64,000 bases of DNA from the human T2T-CHM13v2.0 reference genome, Homo sapiens, in the NCBI RefSeq assembly GCF_009914755.1, contig NC_060927.1; one strand, 5' to 3'. Positions within the stretch are counted from its first letter, which is position 1. Each line of letters starts with the position of its first letter. The notes below the pieces were generated by a model. The model worked only from the letters and a program-made list of their open reading frames with translations, did no database searches and was not told the DNA's origin. Below, in pieces: positions 56,151 through 64,000 of this stretch. The position numbers and the translations under genes were made by a program.

Positions 56151-57644
56151 GACTTAATGATGCTCACACAAATCGGAAAACATAATTTAATCCCCTGTTT
56201 TAGCTCTCTTACTCTGACTTTCATAGGCTCTAGCAATTTCATGGGACCTACCACTGTGCTTTCAATTATCCAGAAGTATTAAAAATGAATATTATTGTGA
56301 AAATTTGGGGATGAATTTGATTTTCTGATAACAAACTGACATTTTAGATTAGGCACATGGATAATAAAGCCCTGGAATATGCCTCTAGAAGTGTTTTCAA
56401 GGATGTCCTTGGAAGAATCTTACTTTCCTGCTTTATATAATTTCCAAAAGTCAAACATTTATTCAACATTCTACTTTTTAATAATGTTTGCATTTAATTG
56501 ATGATTAAGCAAGAAACTCTTCCTATTTTGACTCATATGATTAAATTTCTATATATACTTACATTTTTTTGCCGACTATAGTTTAGTGAACAAAAGTCCA
56601 GTGAGTCTTAAAAAATAATTTACATCTCCTAGTGTTTTGGGGGCATCCTAGAAATTATTGTCCCACTGATTCATTGATCACTCATTTATTATTGTTTTTA
56701 TTACTTTGAAGAATTTTCTGCTGAATGTTTACATATCTCATGATCAATTTAAAAATATACTTAAATTCCTGATAGCCGATGATATTTTTCCATATCTATC
56801 TTTGGAACAGAGAAGAGAAAAATAAAAATAAAAAAATCATTGAGAGGACCAATTGACTTAGTTTACGATCTTGATGGTAGCACAAAAAAGATGGAGATGT
56901 AAAAAGATGTGATCAACTCTTTCTGGATGTGCTGAGTAAACATCTGGAGCTCAGAGAGGTGGAATTCTAGGCAGATCTCATGCTGAATGCCTGAAAATTT
57001 GAGGGACTTGAGTTTTAAGGGCGGGACTCTGGCAAGTTCAGATGGCATCCTGGTTTTCTATTTGTCCAGTGATTTTTTAATTGATAAATACAGCTGACCC
57101 TTTTTAGTCCTTATTTTAATTAAGCTCTCTGTTACTTGACCCTGTTGACCCCTCCTTTCTTCTCCTATGGATGGTAAATTCCTTTTGCCTGGATTTCCTC
57201 TTACCTTTTGGAGATTATTCTTTCTACTTTCTCTTCTTCTACCTGTCTCTTGAATATTTTGGAGTTTTCTGGAGATTGGACCCCTCTTTTCACTCTATAA
57301 ACTGTCTGCTCTTTATTACACAAACAACATCAGCTATTCTAATGACTAATAATTCTATATTGTCCACCATCAACTATTTGTTTAGTTCTGGATCCATATC
57401 TCATTATTCCCTAGACAATTCCAGTTTTGTAACCCAAGAGCTATCAAATTCATTGTCCAAAGAGGGTTATTCTTGGACTTATCCCTTCTTTAAGGGATCC
57501 CACTATTCTCTATGTGAATAGTGGTCCAAATAAAAAATCTTGGGGTAACTCTTTTCCCCAGTCTAGAATCAATTTCCAAGACCTCAACTGTTTGATATTT
57601 ATGATACCCAATAGCTCGTCTGCTTCAGTACTGCCATGGTCTTT

Positions 57645-59090
57645 TTACTCATTTATTCAAACGTACTTATTGATTGTCATCTGTGTACCAAGCACTGCAG
57701 ATATCTTAAGGATTGGTAAGTTTTTCCATATAATTTGCATTCTAATGGATAAAAATGATATATGAATAAATAATTAAAAAACATTAGAATATGTAAATGT
57801 CATGAAAAGCAGGTTGTAAGTAATGACTAGGAGGTTACTCTAGACTATGTGTTCTCTTTAATGTGAGACTTCATTTGCAGGAAGGAGTCAGGCAGATAAT
57901 ATTCAGAAATAATGCATTACAGACATATGTAAGAATTTGGCCAAAGCTTGAAGAAAGAAATGAGCTTGTTGTATACAAGGAACGTAAGAAAGGTTATGTA
58001 TTCTTCTGCAAAGAATAGATTTTAGAGGAGTACAAGAGAAGAAGCAAGAAGACGAGCAAGGAGGCTTTTGTGGAAGTACAGGAAGGAGGTGGTGATGGCT
58101 TGGAATAAGATCACAATGGTAGAGGAGGTTAAGTGGGATGAATTTGGAATATATTTTGGAGATAGTTTTGATAGCATTTACTCATGAATGGCATATGACA
58201 AAAGGGTTAAGAGAAAGAGAAATTAGGGATAACGCCTTAACTCTTAGCTTGAGCATCTTGAGGGATGACTCCTTAACTCTTAGCTGGAGCGAATATGGAG
58301 CCATTTCAGAAAATGAAAAGGATTGTGGAAAGTGCAACTTTGGGTGGACAGAAATCAAGAGCTCTTCTTAGTCTTGTTATTTTTGAGACTGTATTATACA
58401 TCTAAAATGAGCTTTGCATTGGGAGTTTAATATCTGATTCTAGTTTTCAAAGTGAAAAAGTAAAGGATATAAAATGGGAGCCATAAGCATTATAAATGGC
58501 TTTTAAATCCATATTGATGAGACAATAGTGTGGTATCTAATATGTACTACAGACTGTTCTAAGTATTTTGCACGTGAGTACTTCATATTACATATGTTAA
58601 CTCATTTAGATGTCATGCCAATTCCCATTTTATAGGTGAAAAACCAATGACATGAAGAAGTTAAGTGACTTTCCCAAGGTCACACAGCTGGTAATTAGCA
58701 AATCCAGGCTTTAAATTAATAAGTTTTGTTTAAGAGCCCCATCTCTTAACCATGATCCATACATAGGGAGTGTGTATAACAATAAAAGAAAATGTTCACA
58801 CAACTTGAATTCTGAGGTTCTAAGAGAATGAGAAACCAAGAAAGAAGTTTATAAAGGAACAATCAGTATGGTAAAGGACAACCAGGAGTGCAGGAGTGTG
58901 CTATACCACAGCAGCTGAAAGAAGAAAGTATTTAAAGAAAACAGAATGATGAAATGTGTTGAATACTTGCTGAGAAGTCAAGAAATATAGGGAGAGAGAA
59001 GTTACATTTGGGTTTGGCAACATCGAGGTCATTGGAAAACTTGAGCAGGAAAGTCTTTGTAGACAAGTACAAGCTAAAAGCCATTTGAAG
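57645..59090 (-). mobile_element. L2 remnant with nested MIR (~58530-58755)
   Basis: tcatttattcaaacgtacttattga start; gggatgaatttggaatatattttggag; gggtttggcaacatcgaggtcattgg. MIR core gttaagtgactttcccaaggtcacacagct. Confidence 0.7.
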
Positions 59091-60254
59091 TGGTCCTTTC
59101 TTCATCACTCAACAATTCTTTCAAGCGGAAATATATGCCTTTTTTTTTTTTTTTTTTTTTTTTGCTCCATCTATACCAAAATAGTCATCTTTCCTAACAT
59201 TCCTCCCTTGATCTTCTGGTTTCCTCTATCATCTCCATCTATCTCTGTCTCTGTCACTATCTCAATTTCTATCTTGTTCCATTTCAGTAACTCCTCTTTC
59301 TTTCTTTTCCTGTCTGTTTCCTTCCCTCCCTACTCCCTACCAATCTGTACTGTATCCTTAACCGAAAACTTTTGAGGACAATAGATTTATTCAATTCATT
59401 TTTTTACCCCTAGTACCTAGTACACTTCCAGATTTTTAAGTGGTAACTGATAAATATTTAATGACAGAATGAAGCCCAAATTCATCAGTAATATAAAAAT
59501 GATTTTATTGGACTTACATCATAAAACTTGTTCTAAGGTAGAGTTTGAGTTTATATTGGGAGATACAGGAAACAGCATTTTATCTTAGATGCTACATCCA
59601 ATGTTGTGCCACTGAGGTGAAAGAAGGAAGGTTCTGAATATGAAGCTCTTTTATTGTGTAGATCCCAAGGAGAGTTTTGAAGGGAAGCCTCAGGATAACT
59701 TGAATCAAAAGAAACAAATAAGGATCAATACTTTGCTTACTCACTCAATATTGCTGCTGAGACAAAAAAAAAAAACTGTTTATTTTTGCCTGAGCCGTCA
59801 GGTTTCAGCTGTCAAACAGATCACAGTGTTCCACCAAATCTGCTAATTCTATGTCTAATTTAAGTAAGTTGGACTCGTTGAATGGTGTTTGCTGAATTTT
59901 GTTTTTTCACAGATTTCTCTTTGCAATCTTTGACTTTTAGGGGCACACAATAAGAAACTGTTGGTGAAAAAACACACAGAGCATATCTGTGTATTTGGCA
60001 TAATAAAAATGAAAGCTTTTTATCTGAAAATTGGCAGTAGTATGGTATATACACATTGTTTAATCATATGATTGAGAATAAGGTACAGTTAAAAATTATC
60101 CTTAAAAAGAAAATTTTAAAAAACAAATTTTTGTTTTATTTCTTATCTGTTGTCATATTCGTTATATCTCTAACACAGTAGTATCTCTTGAGAAACAAGC
60201 ACTTTGTTTTACACGGTAAATATGTCCACAGATTTTTTGAAAATAGATTTTTTG

Positions 60255-60395
60255 TTTTAGTTTTTTAAGCCAACATTATTGAGGAGTAAAATTAAGTGCA
60301 CTCATCATAAGCATAGGATTTGATGAGTTTTGAAAATGCATGTACCTATGTAGCCACGACAACAATCAAGATATAAAACATTTCTATCATCCGCA
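60255..60395 (-). mobile_element. Old L1M 3' fragment
   Basis: gatgagttttgaaaatgcatgtacctatgtagccac..caatcaagatataaaacatttctatcatcc. Confidence 0.7.
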
Positions 60396-61257
60396 GAGAT
60401 TTTTTAAAATATAATCATATTCTAAGAAGTCCACAATTTAAAATCATCCTACTTAAGAAAACAAAGAGACGGCATAATACCATCACAAGAGTAGCACAGA
60501 ATTTTGAGTCCATTGTGGGTTCTAATTGACCACTTACTCATTGTGAAATCTTAATTAAGTCATTGAGACTTTCTGGGCTTAATAGTTCCAGGTACATGTT
60601 AAGCCCTCAATAATTGTTCATTATTGTTACTCACTTATGCAATCAAAAACATTTATTGTAATTCATATTTTTATATAGCAGGAATAGTTAAATAAAATTC
60701 ACCTGTAATTTTAAGAGTCTTGTATTCAAAAAGCACATATTTTGATTTTTATATTCCTATCTTATTTGTATATTAACTGAGATTATACGTATTTAGTAAC
60801 CATAGATCCTTATATTATCTTGTAGTATTGTGTATCATCACCACTATACATAGTACACTGGTATATTTTACAATATGAATATTCATGGTATCAGAATAAA
60901 TACATACAATTTAGGTTGCAGTTAAAAGACTAAAATTAAAATACAGCATAAAACAAATTTAAAAACACAGTTATAGTGCATAAACATGTCATAATAGTAT
61001 GCTTTGATAGTAAAAGGGAAGTTTTTGAACCAAAAGGATACCAAGCATTTCAGTTCTTCAATATAATAAAGCAGTTTAAAACATGGTAATCATAGTCAAC
61101 ATGTGTCTATCAGTGATATTCTGATATCACTTGGATTTTATCCCTGAATCTATAGATTGAATTTGACTTTAGGGTGAATCAGTTCTTATTAACTAGGTGT
61201 GTTTTTTACATAGCATATATTTAAGGAGTGTTTCTTCAATGCTTCCATTAAGCAGTC

Positions 61258-61563
61258 TTTTTTTTTTTTTTTTTTTTTTTTGGAGACAGAGTATCACTCT
61301 TGTTGCCCAGGCTGGAGTTCGTGGTGCCATCTTGGCTCACTGCACCTCCGCCTCCCACGTTCAAGCCATTCTCTTGCCTCAGTCTCCTGAGTAGCTGGGA
61401 TTGCAGGCATCTGCCACCACACCTGGCTAATTTTTGTATTTTTTGTAAAGACGGGGTTTCACCATGTTGGCCAGGCTGGTCTCGAACTCCTGACCTCAGG
61501 TAATCTGCCCACCTCAGCCCCCCAAAGTGCTGGGATTACAGTTGTGAGCCGCTGCACCCAGCC
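61258..61563 (-). mobile_element. AluSq/Sp-like
   Basis: T24 tail, cactcttgttgcccag; TSD agcagtctttt. Confidence 0.93.
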
Positions 61564-61794
61564 AGCAGTCTTTTAAAGAAAATTTTGTTTATTAAAAATA
61601 TTCATTTAAGTAATTACAGTAAATTTAGAATCAGGAAGATAGATGCTTAAATAATATCAATTATTGAAATATTCAATTATAAATAGATAAATTCAGATGC
61701 ATGTTAAACTTAGTTTAGGTTGACTTGTTTCTCAGAAAATATAGAGAGCTTGATATTTCTATTCTCTGTCACATCATTATGAGGGCCATTTTGG

Positions 61795-62015
61795 CACCAG
61801 AATGCCTGAGTTCAGCTCTCAAACCTATCAATTTTTAGCTGTGTCTCTTTAGACAAGTTATGCAACTTCTCTGTTCCAAAGTTTCTCTTTCTACGAAGTG
61901 GATATAGTAATGCTACCTCCATTTCTTGAATAGTAAAGATAGTTAAATGAGTTAATACACAAAAAGCACTTAAATGAAGCCTGGCATGGAGTGAGTACCC
62001 AGTAAGTATTAGGAT
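61795..62015 (+). mobile_element. MIR
   Basis: ccagaatgcctgagttc...gacaagttatgcaacttctctg...ttaaatgagttaatac...gcctggcat. Confidence 0.75.
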
Positions 62016-63004
62016 TATGAGAACTTACCCAATATAAACTGAAGTTAATTTGCTCCCAATTTGAAAATTGTGTGTAAAACTGATGGCCATTTTGTTCAAA
62101 TGATTTTTTACGCTGTACTGAAACTCTCTATTCAAATATACTTCTAATGTCCTTTCGAGCTCCTGTGTCTGGTCATTCTTTAATTCTAGACCTTGTGTAT
62201 ATAAACAGAATGGCCTTTATTATTTGGGCCACAGACCTTCGTTTTTGATCATTGCAGCCTTCCACACATGAGTTTTCAGAGTCACCAAGCCTAACATTAT
62301 TCGTTTACCTGCAAAACTGAGCCTTGCTGATTCTTGCACAGGAATCTCGGGAAATCAACCAAATTTAAGATAAAGAATGGACTTGTTTCACTGATTCATG
62401 TTTCAACATCATGGGACAAACAAGAGACATAATCTATGGGTGACCTGCATGTCTCAACACAGAACAGTGGTGCAATTGCACAGTGAACTCTCTGATCGCT
62501 ACAACCACCTGCGTGTTTTATTGCATATTAGGTGTCCTAAGGACACTTTCATGACAACAAACCAGAAAAAGGCCATAAGCAGTTCAAGTATGAACTTGAA
62601 ATGAGGTTATCAGAGTATGACTGTAAAAGGCTCTCCCCATTTCAGAATTTAAGAGAGGAGTCATCCTGAACTGATAATGAATGACACCTCTGAGGAAGGG
62701 AAAGGAGGCGTATTTCCAGGGAATGCTTTTTATGTCACAGTCATTTTGTTTGAGCAGAAAGGGATTTGCTGTCGGTCTTTAAATAAACAGTTCTTTGTTC
62801 TCTGCCTCTGTGTGCGACTCTTCTTTCTCTAACTCTAAAGCAAAAGGCTAGGATTTATTAGGATACAACTTTACGCTAAATCTGTGGAAGAATAATGCAT
62901 TTGTATTCACTCCATGTTTGAATTGCAGCGAAAAGGACAATTATAGTCAGAGTTGACATTTTAGTGAGTGCTTTGTACCTGGTATTGTTAGAAGCACTTA
63001 CAGG

Positions 63005-63105
63005 TAGAGTGGTCTACTCTTTCTGGTTTGCTCAGGACAGTCTCAGTTTTACCATGTAAGTCCTACATCCTGGGAAACTCTTAAGTAGCAGGCAAACTAG
63101 GCCTC
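63005..63105. mobile_element. MER81-like hAT MITE nested in a MIR (~62955-63290)
   Basis: ggtttgctcaggacagtctcagtttt...aagtcctacatcctgggaaac...ggcaaactagg. Confidence 0.6.
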
Positions 63106-64000
63106 CCGTTACAAGTATTATTTCATTTAATTATCAACCCCTCCAATTCCCAATGAGGTAACCTTATATTCTTTTGCAACTAACAGAACTGAGGCACTAA
63201 GAGGTTAAACAATTTCTGAAGTTTTAATACTTACTGACATTTACTGCAAGTGACTGAATGAGAACTCAAACCCAGACATTACAGCTTACTCTGTTTCTCC
63301 CTACCTGGGAGTAACTATTGTAATAAACACTTAAGTTGTTGAACTAGACCTTACTCACTAGAACTCTGGACTTGGGTACTTCAGTCTTGGTGGATGTAAG
63401 GAGAGAAGAAAAATTATTTCCACATCATTTGTGGATGACACCAAACCATAATGCTAACTTGTCTCAAAAATGCTTGTCAGTGGCTACAAAGGATTGTCTT
63501 TCCGAACCACTAATTAATCTGTAATCAATTAAGTACAGAATTCTAACAATACAACATACCTATAATTTGCAGGTTGTGTAGTACCTTGCGTAGCAGCTAC
63601 TTAAGAAATAGTGTTATGTCTAGTTTGGGGAAAAAAACTCTTCAGCAAAAATGTGTTTTGTTTGTGTTATATCCTTTCTTACTTTCAAAAAAAGAGCAAG
63701 AAAATCTACTCAGACAAGTCACGATAAAATATCTGCAAATATAAAACCACATTTCAAATGGAACTTACTATTTATTATTTACCAATGTGATATAAATGCC
63801 CATTGATGCAGTTTAAATCTTTCTATCACTTACTGCCTATGTAAACAACCAAATGTTCTTACTATAGTAGTATAATAATTCTCAGACTTTGGGATTTAGA
63901 AAACCAATAAAATAACAAAATAAGAAGAGGAGGTCAGCATAGTGTTACCACTTTTTAATTCTATTAAGCAATGTTAATTAAACAAAACACTTACTATTAT

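Overview
AT-rich, repeat-dense primate (human-like) genomic DNA from inside one long-intron gene. The only genuine coding sequence I can support is a 173-nt internal exon at 49081-49253 (+). It reads [58 protein letters not shown], which I recognise as the second coding exon of RBMS3 (start of RRM1). The rest of the window is therefore probably RBMS3 intron 1 (1-49080) and intron 2 (49254-64000). Other supported features are a decayed processed RPS12 pseudogene (~5086-5554, +), a complete solo MER11 (ERVK) LTR with a 6-bp TSD (7939-9015, -), 13 Alu/FLAM copies, a short young L1PA 3' end, and older L1M/L2/MIR/MaLR and hAT relics (Zaphod/MER53, MER20, MER3, MER63, MER94, MER81, MER5). Nearly all ORF-track entries are spurious. 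I found no evidence of a new multi-gene system. The best leads are splicing-level: a NAGNAG acceptor plus upstream acceptors that would create early stops, inverted Alus around the exon, and pseudo-exon/recursive-site candidates. There are also two old dispersed local duplications, hairpin-associated micro-duplications and candidate enhancers. Repeat family names come from my recall of consensus sequences, and boundaries of old elements are approximate.
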